64,000 bases of DNA from Phoronis australis (lineage: Eukaryota > Animalia > Phoronida). Both the position numbers and the translations under genes were made by a program. The first letter of the stretch is position 1; the number at the start of each line of letters is the position of its first letter. Below are positions 27,001 through 39,646 of this stretch, one piece after another. Where the stretch lies: assembly GCA_002633005.1 (NCBI GenBank), contig NMRA01000027.1, forward strand, positions 1,611,118 to 1,675,117. The letters are read 5' to 3'. The notes below the pieces were generated by a model. The model made no database searches. It was not told the DNA's origin and saw only the letters and a program-made list of their open reading frames with translations.

Positions 27001-28014
27001 TTTCTTTAGATTATTGTTTATATGCCAGTTTGCACAGTTAATACGAACAAGAATTTTTGTAGATTTCTCTTTACAGTTGGCCCGTTTAAGATTTTTAAAA
27101 TCAATGTTATCGTCATCGCTACCAACAGCCGGAATCAACCACGAACATTAAATTTTCTAGAGGCAACATGCGTGCGTCATGGCAATCGGCTCGGCAATTT
27201 CCAATCCTCACATTTTCCAACTAATTGGCAATTAAATACAAGCAGGAGGGAAACGTTGCCTTGAGACCTGTGTCAAGGCTTCACACAAAAATCTTTACAA
27301 TTAAGCCTAGTCAGGATGTGACGTAAGGAGCACAAGAACCACTGCACTCTCAATCATAAACGTGCACCAATGTTCCTCAGTCTCCAATAAACTTTCCTAA
27401 ATTTACAACTTACCTGTGAGGACAGCTTTAGTGGGCTATCAGCTCAATACATGTTTACTCCATGGAGCATAAGGCGAAGATAACGCGTAATATGTACTAC
27501 GCTTGAATATTTGATTTCGCGTCATCTCACAGTTATTCCTATGTTAAAATAAGCCACTACACGACAAAGTGTGTCTATTTAATGTCTAGATGACTTGGCG
27601 TTTATTGTTTTAAGCACGGAACTTTTTGTTCTGAACATCTATAGTATAATATGCCGTGTCAATAAACGGGCCACTAGCAGTTATGATTACGCGTTAGCAG
27701 GCATTTAGAGTAGCTAAGGAGTTGTTATGAGATACAACAGGCATGTATTGTATTGTGTTGTGGCTGGCGATCGCAACTGTTGGACGCGCAGTTTTTGTAA
27801 TAAGCGTAGGATGTAGACACAACATATGAACTGGTTGAATTAAATGACGAAAATCAACATGGTGTTGTATTAACTGTTGACAATATGGAAAAATAGCTTC
27901 GAGGTTGGATTACGGGCGTTCTTCTCAGGTGAGAAACGAGTGTCTAAGGAGAGAGAGCGTCACATTCGTTTTTTCCCAGTGCCACCTTTCCGTCCTGTCA
28001 GGTGGCGCTGTGAC

Positions 28015-28350
28015 AGAGGGAAGGAGGAGGGAAGGACTTGAGCCTCTGGGCAAAGGAAACGAATATGATCGTGGAGTGTGACAGGGAGGGATAGGGGATG
28101 GGGTGGTTGACTGGGGAAAGGATAAAGTAAAAGGGACGTAGAGTGAGAGGGTTGTAGAGTGAGGTGCGACGGAGAATCTAAGAGGGTGGAAGAGGGCTGG
28201 GCACATGGATTGGAATAGTGATAGCGAAGAGAGTGGAGAGAGCCAGGGGATGAGAAAGAGTTGAGAGCAATGCGAGGGAGAAAGGAAGGAAAGGATGGAT
28301 AAAAAGGGAAAAAGGTGATTAGAGAAGGAGATGAAAGGAAGGCTGGAAGT
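28015..28350. repeat. Polypurine (GA-rich) low-complexity tract
   Basis: Strong G/A skew on the + strand. Generates the spurious F/P/S/L-rich minus-strand ORFs. Confidence 0.8.
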
Positions 28351-30180
28351 TGGAGAGTACTGCAAGCATACAAACTTAAAGAACAAAGAGCAGAAGTTGG
28401 TTTAAGCAAAATTGGTTTCTTCACAATCCAATTTCTGAAGCACCAGTACTGCAGTTGTGGTAGCGGTGTTATGTCTCTTCTTTGGAGCATCCCTGGAACG
28501 CGGAATGGGACGAAATCATTTGCAAGAAGCAGTTTAAATTGTATAACTGTCAACCAAAAGTTCCCGCTTTCCGAGCCCCCGAGCCCCCTTCCCAAAGCCC
28601 CTAATAATATTTTGCCGCGCCGGCGAGAGGTCACAGACCAGACACCAACTACATGTACATGTACATGTTTTACGCCCCTGACCGATGTGTCGTTGATTAC
28701 GAATATTTGAAAAATCCATGCAAGTATTCTAACGACGCTTACGCTTTTGTCCATACGGTATCTTATTTGTCAAACAAGTCTGTCCAGAAACTCACACGAA
28801 TCGTGCAGTTTTATGTCAATTTTAAATAGGTAATCGAATGAATTTTAGGTACACACGTTTGTTGCGTGAATGAGCGTGTGTTTTTATCGAATCGCCGTCG
28901 GTGATTTGAAAAGAGAATGGAAACGAGTTTTCAATGTAGAATTAAATACGAAAATAATTGTTGATCAGGATTTTGCGTGTTTGCATTGTTAACTTGGGCG
29001 CTTTGCTATTTCGTGATTTTTTTCTCCCCCGCGCTCTCATACCAAAGCAGGATGATAGTTTTTGAATACTTTATCAATCACGCTGAGTAACGACACTGTT
29101 CATTACGTATACAAACAAGTTTGTCTGAAAACCAATTAAATTGCCACTACAGGGATTCTTAATTTTCACTTCAGATCTGCTCATCTCAATATCTGATTTT
29201 GATAACTATCATATCGAATGTTCTACAAATCAATAGTCTTCTTGATAACGCCTTTGAAGTTTCTCACCCCTTTAAATGTGACATGTTCTCTTAAGTAGCA
29301 CGTCGTAAAGACGCAACTGCCGTGAAAATGTCTTTCAATTTAGAACAATGCGACGTGTTTTTCGGAAACGACTACTGTGCACCTGCGTTTTGTCTTGAAG
29401 TGTTTCCTGGGGCATCTTCATCTCGGATGCGTCGCTGCGTGTTTTACTACTTTAAGCTCGGAAGTGCGAATGAACTTGATGTTCACTCGTGGTCGGATCA
29501 CTTGTTTTTATCAAAACCAAAATATGAATGTAACCTCATTAAAGATGGTAGATTAACAATCTTGTGAGTACTTTTATAAGAAGGAAGTTCGTCATCAATA
29601 CTTGCATTTGCATTACCCCGCCAGGCTTTCAAAGACGTTATAAGCTATGGGTATAGTGTCAAAATAAACTTTGTTCACAGGCGTTTTTGATCTATCAAAG
29701 CAACGCCATCCGTTATTTAAACTAAAGTTGGTTGAAAATATCACCAGAAATTCCCTAACGGCCATACTGTTTCGGTTTCTTAAACTAACCCGCTCTGAAA
29801 AACAAACTTCGTGATCCTGAACCGAAATCAGGACAAACTCCCAGTTATTTTCAAACCATTTCTATTCTGAGATCAATGCTACATGTATAAGGGTAATCGG
29901 CCTCAATCAGAATTTTGTTTTTGACAGAGACCTGTGGAGTAGGACGCAGTTCCGATCACCTGTTCTACATACATGAATTTTAAATAACGGCATTAGCTCT
30001 AACGCTCAACAGCTAACTAGGGAGGTAAAGGACAACTCATAATAGGCATACTAACAACTGACCACAAAGGTGATGAATGGTGTATCATAAGCGCACAAAA
30101 TGTTTTTATTTTTTGCGAGCGGGAATTTCACGTGCGTTCCCCGGTCGCCATACCCTCTGGTCGACGCCAGTTTCACCTCC

Positions 30181-30522
30181 GCGTCCACACTACCAGTTAT
30201 CCTAGAACGACTTGCTCTAGATCAACTTGCCCCCCATTTCAACCACATGTCTACACTCTACACACCTTACACAGTGCGACACTCATATGAGTGTAACTGA
30301 GCAAGCGCACACCTGGTAATCACTTCCGCCTTGTCTGCACCTTTGCGTCTATACTACAACTTGCACTGGAACAAGTTACTCTAGAACAAGTTACCCCACA
30401 CCACAAGGTGGGGTAAATTCTCACACGTGTGCCACGTTGCCCCAGTGTCCAGATTATACTAAACCTAGAGTAACAACTCGTTCCAGAGTAACTGGTTCCA
30501 GGGTAATTCGTAGTGTGGACAG
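30181..30522. mobile_element. MITE-like element with GTCCACACTAC...GTAGTGTGGAC inverted termini (Harbinger-like ends)
   Basis: ~40-bp imperfect TIRs plus internal repeats of AGTTACTCT(A/G)GAAC. Confidence 0.55.
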
Positions 30523-31567
30523 CACTTTACATTTGTGATAAGTCTAGCCATAAAACTCTAGCTCTGGAATGCCAACTTCGATCTCGCTCTGCTGAGGGTG
30601 CGCCGCGCATGCGTAGGATTTGTTTGCATTCGTTTGTTCGGGTGTTGGTTATTCCTATGACATATACTGTAACTAAACCTTTTCGCAACTCCGCCGTTTT
30701 TCAATCGAATTGCATAAGAGTCATGATATCATTAGAAAGCCATTTGTTAGTTCTTGATGATGATACCAGACGCAAACGATAGAGAGTTTAATTCGTAAAT
30801 AATCATCATTTCGCATACTTGAAAGGTTTAAAAAAATAAATTATTAATACCAAGAGTGTTACCAAAATGCGAAAAATAATAGGGTGTAGTAGCAAAAGAA
30901 AAAAAGAAATGAACCACAGAGGTTAATAATAAATGAATAATTATACTAGCACAGATATAACTTCAATGATTTAAAAGATTTCTACCCTGTCAACTAGACA
31001 AAGATTTTAGAACATAGATCCCTCCCAGTTGGTGTGAAGAATTTAGTCAGACATTTATCTAAAATTATACATGTTTATATATTAATTGGACCAGTGGCAC
31101 CGTTCGACACAGTTCTGCGGTAAATATTCTGGATGCAGGGACATCTACAAAAGTGCGATGAACTAATTACTCCAACTACCTATCTGAAATTTGCAGACGG
31201 TTTTTTGACGGATAAAAAAGAACAAACATCTATTATGTAGGTTTGAAATGTTCTGTGGATAGATCATTACATAGGTTGCCGTGTAGGAATTTCCACAGTA
31301 GACAGTAAAATTTGTGACCCAGATGCGTGCAGTGTGTGTTACCGTATACTAGAGATTGGAACACATTTTACGATTGTTATGTTGCTAAAGAATGTTAACT
31401 CTGGAAAATAATAATGCTCATGGCAAAGAGACAAAATTAACACCTGTTGTCAACATTCGAAAATGAAACAACGGAACAACTGGATTGAAAAGCGGGACTT
31501 CCGGATAAAAAGCGGTGCATCTGGGGCCATGCTAAAACGGTTTGTGGAAAGTGCGGCAGAACCTCTA

Positions 31568-31813
31568 GCCTATTTACAATGGCACGACCTTTCGGTCGGT
31601 CATTTCTCCGGCCATCTTCAGGGTTACAGCTTCTTAGAAGAGCTAGCATGGGTGTATGGTGCACTCGTGGTGCCCAATGGTGAGCCAAAAAATACAAAGT
31701 GCACATCACTGACCACCACACACCTGTGCTTGTTCTTCGAACAAAGCTGTAACGTCTGAAGATGGCCGGAGAAATGACCGGCCAAAGGTCAGGGAGGTCA
31801 GGTGTAAATAGGC
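31568..31813. mobile_element. Inverted repeat of Penelope-like terminal sequence with hammerhead-ribozyme-like cores
   Basis: ~95-bp arms, each carrying CTGAAGA-tGGCCGG-loop-CCG(G/A)CC-(G)AAA-GGTC and TGTAAATAGGC. Confidence 0.5.
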
Positions 31814-31969
31814 AAATTTTAGAAATGGTACTACCACGTAACCACCTTAAAGTGGTTTTAGAAAGACAAGTTGTATTTCACGGCAACAAAATATCAAGAG
31901 GTTTTTGGAATCATCCTGCTCTATCCAATGTGTTCAGTTGAAGATGTTTTACCATCTACATGTAAGGTA

Positions 31970-32045
31970 CATTACCTAAGGTCCGAATAGAGAATAGCCA
32001 CATGTTAAAACACGTGGCTATTCGCTATTCGGACCTTAGGTAATG
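31970..32045. repeat. 76-bp near-perfect palindrome (tiny MITE or hairpin)
   Basis: CATTACCTAAGGTCCGAATAG(A/C)GAATAGCCAC(A/G)TGTT-aa-inverse; 37-bp arms with 2 mismatches. Confidence 0.85.
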
Positions 32046-35000
32046 GAACTGCCACCGTTGCAGCCGTTGTAAGCTCATTACCCGGATTCAACAGTTTGAC
32101 GTCACGATACTTATTACTTCACCGTGCAGTCTACAATGGATTTTATGAAAAACGTTGTAATCATCTAACATGATGAACATAAAAGTATTGATCTAATTTC
32201 TAAACAAATATAAGAAATAAAGGCAATTGCTGTCACTTAAAACTCTGACAGTTGATGACGATGAGGACAATGATTATGGTTTCTTGAATGCAATAACGTT
32301 TCCTGTGATGTAGTGGTGATTATGATAATGGTGACAATGATGACGGCAGCCTACAATTTGCAGAGTCCGGTTAAACACGTTTTGCTTACCTTTTGAGAAA
32401 ACAGCATTTTGGTTCAGGGTCAGTCGCGTGAGTACACAGTTATTAAACTTGGTCTGCCAGGAAATGCAGGGGCATGGATATATCGCGACAAAGATCTTGC
32501 CCTAAGAATCAACCACTTGGCATACAGTTCTTTTTAAATATTGTTCAGGCATACGTTCCAGAGACACCAAAGACCAGATGAACCAAGAAAGTGCGTGGGT
32601 CGACCTCGACCTCAGCGCTACAAATCATCCGAGTGCTGGAATGTGGTAAGTCGAGGATGAACCATAAAGATAATGTCTTCATAAACCGTCCAATGACATC
32701 ACTGTTCGTACACTGTAAGAAGTGGGATACTCGCGAGTGAAAGCTAGTGATATCACGTGTTTCCTTTGTAATGCATGGCGATAGTTTGCGAAGGCTTGCG
32801 TGATCTCGCCAAACTCTACAAAACACAAGCCGTCCTGCGAACTGCCGTGGGCAACCAAGAGCGCTATGAAACTTCGTCACGATTTTGCTAATGCAAAGGA
32901 AAGTTTCTCTGGACTCCCTTATAACTTGCACAGAAGAAAAGAGTTGTCGCAATAGCGCCACTACATAAATTCCCAACCTTATAGAAGAGAAATGAACGTG
33001 CAAACGACAAATTCATGCGGAAGTTGCTCTCCTGCTAATTAAGTTGAAAATTGACTCCACAACTTTAAAAACCATCTATCATTCAAGAAACTAATATCCT
33101 TCAATGGAATTCGAGTGTTGTGTTTGTCAACTTGAATAAGCCTTTACGCCTAATATTGAAACGAGTCTTCTGGAAGTTTGCTCGCGCTTTTGTGAAATTA
33201 ATCGGCGGAGATATAACCTTTACACACATAATCCAAGCATAAACTGCATTTGATAGGCGTGAGTAAATATTACTTTTAGGGCATTTTATTACCCGTACGT
33301 AACTTTGGATACATTTTAAGGTTACTAAATCGGAGACAAAAGATATCATTCCTGAAATTTTGGGACTGCAAACGAGCTGTCATTTGTCTATTAAAACTTT
33401 ATGTGGTTGTCATGACGACAAATGTTAAAATATCACACTTGCTAGATAAATGAATCAAGGCCTTGTATTGTGCATTGTGTGTGAGATTAGATCTAATTGA
33501 AGTTGTCATCGGAAAAAGACGCTATAAACTATGGCCTGGTGTCAAAATCAACTTTCGTCAAAAGCGTATCTTTCCTTCCAAAGCGACGTCATTGCGTTCT
33601 TTTCTTTTGTTTCAATAAACCGCCCGGACTTTTCGTGGCGACCATACTATCTTGGCGACAAGATACTTATGGGCGTGGTCTAAAGCAACAACGACCTGTC
33701 AGTTATCATCCTTACAAACTGGAGTAGGGAACAAGGTGAGACCGATTCTATAACGGTACTTGTGCTATATATTTCACGCAATGTTTTAAAAAACGTAAAA
33801 TCAAGAGAAATTAACTATAGTTATAGTTGGAATTTTTTCGTGGCACCTACATTTCAGGTGGGCTAATTAAAATTTTTTTCTCAGTGAAATGAAGATAATG
33901 CACTCGGTCCACAGAACGCTAACTAGGTCAAGGCAAAATCGCAAACTTAAAACTGAACTAAACCAAGCTGAACCAACCAAGAGGGATCCATGGGCAACGG
34001 TCGGTAGGTGGCGTAATGATGCGCCCGAACGCCAGTTCTCTGATTTAGAGAACCAAGAAAAGTGTTCCTCCCAAAAACTTGAACCAAGATAATGATTTCT
34101 AAAGATTACGTTGTTTTGGAATGTAAGTTTTTTTACTTACGTTTTTAAGTCCTTGCTTTGGTCGTCACCTGGAGGTCGAAAAAAATAACGATTTCTTCCA
34201 ATGACAACAGGCAGGCTAGTTACATGCGTCATCGCTCGTCTCCATGGCGTCTTCGACTTATAAACAGAATCGTTGTATTGGGCCATGTTACAGGAGTGCC
34301 TGCCACCGATTCTGTTTTAGTTTGTATTGATCGCATGTTCCGCTACAAACAAGCAATAAAAATTACCTTTTAGCCAGCCCAGGTTCTGGCGTTTAATAGC
34401 CCCAAAACCAACTGAAATCTACGTGCACCTCCCTCAAAAAAAAAAAAAAAAAACTTCGAGCAGCCTGATTATCAGGCCCAATCTTTGTCTTGATCTATGG
34501 ACGTGTGAACAATTTAATTCGAATCCCAGTACGTCTTGATTTCGTTTTGCACAGAGACGTTTGAACAGTGATTGAATATTACATATCAGTGCACTCACAA
34601 TTAACGTGAAGGGCTAAGTTAAGGAAAATGGTAAGAATAAGTAAACACCTCTCAAATGTTAAGCTACAAATTTCTAATGATAACCGATGAGGACTACTTC
34701 GTTGCACTTGAGTGAACAGTTGGTAGGCCTATTAGTCATAACGTTTACGAAAGAAATCATGTCGCGTATAACACCATTCCTTCAAACATACCTATACGCT
34801 CACAGATTGTCTTCACACATGATAGTTCCTCCTGAGCATCACACGCTATAGAGGAGATAAACATGATGGCTTATGTTCATCTATCATGCGCTCGCTGAAT
34901 CCCCAATTACGCGTTTCTACCGAAGCCGATACATTCATTACCAGCCCTTGGTGTATAATCGTCTTATCTACTCAATCTTTGTGAGGCATGGCATTTCCTG

Positions 35001-35682
35001 CAAGCGCGTGCTGCGCCGTACTGAAGGGAAACCTAGACATTTGAACCAAGTAGGTGTTGTTTGTGGACAACGCGCGTAGGTCTTGTGCAAACCATATGTA
35101 CATGTACTTTGAAAATACAGTGTTCAAAATAAACATGTACCCACTCTTTAATCGAATGACAAAAATTATCATTGTTGACTTAAATTCACGAAGCGGTGAT
35201 CATAAAGAAATTGATGTCCTTAAACCAAAGTAAATGCATTTTATTTTTATTAACTTCTGAAGAAGATTAATGACACAAAATACTGCGTCAACGAATGCGT
35301 GCACGTTTACGAAATAATATAAAACTGATAAGCCACCACTTTCCAAAAACAGTCGATAACGCGGACCTAGCTGGCAATTGCAGTTAAGAACTGCAAAACA
35401 CTGATTTTCAATTTCCTATGTCAACTCATCGCCATCTGTTGCTGGTCTTGAGCTGCAAATCTTATCTTTAGGATATCCCCAAAAAGTAGCCCAAGCTTAG
35501 GAAAGATGCTTGGTATTCAGCACTATCTCGTTGCTCAGTGCTTTCTGTTCGGAAAAGCGCTGTCGATTTAGGCCCAATCATGCCGATGGTTGGTTATCTT
35601 GTTGAAAGCAAACCTTTTCATTGCCAAACAACTCTTCAACGAGTGGTCCGTCAAATTCCTGCTGCATATTAAGGTACCGTAT

Positions 35683-36646
35683 CATAGGCGGACTTAGGGG
35701 GGGCAGGGGGCCCGCCCCTCCCCCCCCCCTTGGCTGCCGCAAAAAAAAATAAAACAGCAAGAACCCAGAAAAATGTGGAGTTTATTAATTAACCCCGATA
35801 ATTAACATTATACGGCTGAAACAAGATTTAAATGTGTGCAGTTTTAGTGTGTTNAGATCCAATTGCAAATGTCAAATTCGGAACACAGCGCAATCGTAAC
35901 GGAACTATGGTTAAGTATAGGCTCTCCCGCGATATCTCAGACGATCGGCAGTTGCGCTGCGCACTACGACTCCATTTCCGTCATCTGCTTCACTGTGCAA
36001 TGAAGAAAATTACTTCATTTTTTTAAAGAAAATGGAATCTGAGTAACGATGAAAAAACAGAAGCTGCTGGTAAGATGTGAATTTTAATCGAAGCCTTAGT
36101 GAATTACTCAGAAACTCATAATTCTCTTTGTCAAACCTTAACTTAAGACGATATCCAGAGCAATCGCGTCAACACAAAAAGACTATTTTAAATACAACAA
36201 ATTTGTTACGAACTAATTGCACTAAATATAAAAAGTGTAATAAACATTACAAAAAGAAGTAGGTTTCGCGCGCAAACGCTGTGGACAGTAAACAAGTAGG
36301 TCTCTTAAAATCTAATTACGAGTGAAATCGTGGTGGTGCAGTGGTAAAGCATGCGCGCTGTATCCGCCTGGTCGTGAGTTCGAATCTGTGGTAATTGCAG
36401 TTTTTCAAGTTTGACACGTTTTCCGTGTTTTTTTTTTCTTTTTTCTTGGAATATACTTCAGGAATCAAGGAAAATGATTGATTTTTAGAGGAAAAAACAG
36501 AAAAATTTTCCTGGCGGGAGGGGGGGGGGCAAACCCCCGTCCCGACCTCCCTCCACTCGGTGCTATGCACATCTACAATCGTGCTTTGCGCAAATGTTTA
36601 CAGACAAAATGTTGGGCCCCCTTGTGATATCCTAGATCCGCCACTG
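35683..36646. mobile_element. Non-autonomous DNA transposon ends (CATAGGCGGACTTAGG ... CCTAGATCCGCCACTG) spanning an assembly gap
   Basis: Imperfect inverted termini with G/C runs. The N at 35853 means the two ends may belong to different copies. Confidence 0.4.
36325..36392 (+). other. tRNA-like Pol III promoter remnant (SINE head or tRNA pseudogene)
   Basis: A-box TGGTGCAGTGG (36334-36344) and B-box GAGTTCGAATC (36376-36386) at tRNA-like spacing. No intact cloverleaf seen. Confidence 0.4.
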
Positions 36647-36879
36647 TGTTTACAGGCAGCATCAGCGTGGTCATAAAAATGACCGGTTTAAGCTCAGTAA
36701 TATCCTACGTCATACGGTAGCACTTGGTAAGCGGACCACTCAAGAGGTGTGACAAATGTTTTTTTAAATCGTCAGAAATTAAAATAGTTATGCGTAACTT
36801 GGCGGTATTTTCTCCTCACGGCTTGTGTGAACTAAAAATGCTGAGGAACTAGCCATGAAGGTAAAAATGTGGTGCATAG

Positions 36880-37865
36880 CATTGTTCAGGTTTGACAGAT
36901 ATACATGTATTGATGGTTTAGATGTTGTGACGGCTATAAAAATCTTTGATGAGGTGGTGACACCAATTCTAATGTATGGTGCTGTGGTTTGGAGATATCA
37001 GCAGTACAGCTCCACAGATAGCATGCAAATTATATTTTATGAATACATATTGAGATTTGGCTAAAAAACTAGCAATGCCTCTGTGCTGGGTGAACTGGGT
37101 CGATATCCTTTGTACGTGAAGTACTTTACTACGAGATGTGTAAAATACTGGTTACGATTACAAGAAATCCCAAAGTATAAATATCCCAGAAAATGCTATA
37201 ACACGTTGAAGTCATTAGACGACAGAGGTAAGAAAACTTGGGTCACTTGTATCAAACATTTACTACATGAATATGGTTTTGACTTTGTTTGAGTGGGCAC
37301 AACAAAATGTTGGCGATATTGGTGCATTTTTGAAAATATTTACTCAGAGAGTTAAAGACTGCGCCTTCCAAGAATGGGATTGTAAAGTTAGAAATACTAG
37401 TAAACTTATACTTTTTGCTGAGTTGCATAAGAACTTCATATCTGCAAGTTATGAAATATGGTGAGATTCGCAGGTATATAACTAAAATACGTTACTCTTC
37501 TCATACTCTTGAAATCGAGGTGGTGCGAGGAAAAGTAGATAGAGAACTAAGGCTGTGCAAATATTGCAAGAAATTTAATTTGTATGAAATTGAAGACGAA
37601 TTTCACTTTTTAACAAGATTCTTTCTGTATGATCACTTTAGGATCCAATTTATTCCACAACTGTCACACTGCGATACTACATCATTTTTAGATACATGAA
37701 CAACGTTTCAAATACCCTCTTGGGTAATCTGTCAAAATTCACCATAATAGCTATTGTCTAACTGCTGAACAGCATTCTGATTGTTATTTTATACATCAGT
37801 GTGTCTGTATGTATACTTGGTGTCTACTATTGGTCGGTGGCCTTTATGTACAAACAATAAACGGA
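36880..37865 (+). mobile_element. 5'-truncated, frameshifted non-LTR retrotransposon (ORF2 C-terminus, RTE-X-like)
   Basis: Fragments across frames: KIFDEVVTPILMYGAVVW, LGELGRYPL...CVKYWLRL, TWVTCIKHLLHEYGF, KIRYSSHTLEIE...RLCKYC...IEDEFHFL. AATAAA near 37856. Confidence 0.8.
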
Positions 37866-39024
37866 AATGTAAGGTAAGTTCAAATGGTACTCAGCGGTAA
37901 CATGCGGATTTTCAGTTGCTAGTACATGCAAGTATTCAGTTAACTTAAACTTCATTGCCTCATCACTCCGAAAATCTTTGGATTGAAGCAACGCATCTTC
38001 TTTGCATTTGCTCTCGTACTACTCCGAAAATTAAATGTTCAGTTGAGTATTTCATTAAGACCATGATCTGGTGTTGGTATATAACATGAACTCACTTCAA
38101 AATGCGATGAGGTCTTAATTTTTGAATTCTCGGCTCGTGAGCGACATGTATTCGCCAAACAGAATTCCGTGGTGATCAGGGTGCAGTTTCCAAGAAGTGT
38201 TCTTCCTTTACAGGGTTGGTTGATGACCGTCCTCTTGCCCGTTGGTTATACAATTTATACCTGTACCATGCATATTTCCACCTGATTCACACTGATCTCT
38301 GATTAAAGAAATGGTGCGTAGCGTTGGTACATGTAGATATTTGGGAAAATCTGCGTTAGTTTGTCTTTGCATGAATATTATGCGTTAGTGGGTTAATTTA
38401 CTTTTTGTTTTTTTTGGAAGTTCAGGAAACGCCGGAGTTTTTATTGAATGACTGGACACCAATGTAGGAAATCGAGACCGTCAAAACACAACGGAAATTG
38501 CTGTTTCTCTATAGACTTGGTCAAAAAGCACTGCCGTGATGTCGTTTCTGAGTTTCCAGTAGCACTGTAATATAAATATCCGTTCTGCAAAACTGATTCG
38601 TTTGTCTAGGTACCAGTCATGCGCTGGCAGGGCATCAGACTACTCATGCGCATTGGCCACGTGGGCGAGTGGCAAAACGGGGAAATGTTCCGTCAATGGC
38701 AAAAAAACCACCCTCGTTTTAATTTTGCGTTTGTCCTCTACAGTAAAACGTGACCATGGTAAGCCCGAGGAGTAGAGTCTTATTAATAGGAACTAAAGTT
38801 GACCTCACTGAGTTGTACTGAAGTGTAAGAACTTTCTGGGACACCCCGTTTAAGTGACATCTTCGGTGCGAATATTGTGTATTTGATATCAGCAATAAGG
38901 CGGATTGCCATCCACTACCTCACCTGTCGCAGTCACAATCTTTTCTATTGTGGCAACCAATAAAGCATTTAAATGTATTAAAGAGTCATTTCACCGCTGT
39001 TTAGATGTCAATGTTGAATTCTTT

Positions 39025-39646
39025 TTTGTCAAAAAGTTTTATTGTTATCGTAACGCAAATACAATAAAGCCAAACAGTATAAACATTCGCGCGCACAGTC
39101 ACGCTCACATTCATACACAGGGGGGCCATTGGTTGTATGTAGTATAAATTAAAATAAAGGTGCTAGAGGGGCCCATCGTTCCTCGAAGTCGAGATACCTG
39201 CACTGGTTATAGTACATAACCTTTTCTACTTTGTAGTAATCAAAAACAAAATGTTTAAAAAGTGCAAAACATGGTTCTACATTCTGAAGTCTTTGCTTGT
39301 GTATGTGGTACTTGCCTAAACATAAAAGTAGATTTATGATTTTTGGTCCATTAAAGGAGCCAAAAATTACGTCAAAATGATCAAGTTTCATATCAATTCC
39401 GCATAGGTTTTTATCCAGTTTTCAACAGTTTTCCAAGAACTTTGGACACGTAAACAAGACCAATACAAGTGAAAAAGGTCTTCAGAGTGAGAATTACAAA
39501 AAGCACAACTATCTGAATTTCTAATACCAATCTTACTCAAAAACTTATTGGTTCTGAGTAGTCTGTGAGTTAAACGTATTTGAAACCATTTAAGCTGGAC
39601 ATCACAAGAAAAGTTAATAGAATAAGAATATAAAGCTTTTCTCCAC
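39025..39646 (-). mobile_element. 5'-truncated L1/Tx1-clade LINE with 16-bp target-site duplication
   Basis: zf-RVT-like KWFQIRLTHRLLRTNKFLSKIGIRNSDSCAFC...EDLFHLYWSC and NLLLCLGKYHIHK...RW. AATAAA plus a short A tail. CAATGTTGAATTCTTT is duplicated at 39009-39024 and 39647-39662. Confidence 0.88.

Noticed and set aside
27925-28754. 153-aa and 264-aa minus-strand ORFs
   Set aside because: They arise from a stop-poor polypyrimidine strand, are low complexity and show no domain signal.
32549-32645. Exon-like segment (cag|...|GTAAGT) in the intergenic region
   Set aside because: No partner exons or recognisable peptide. It cannot be distinguished from chance without transcripts.
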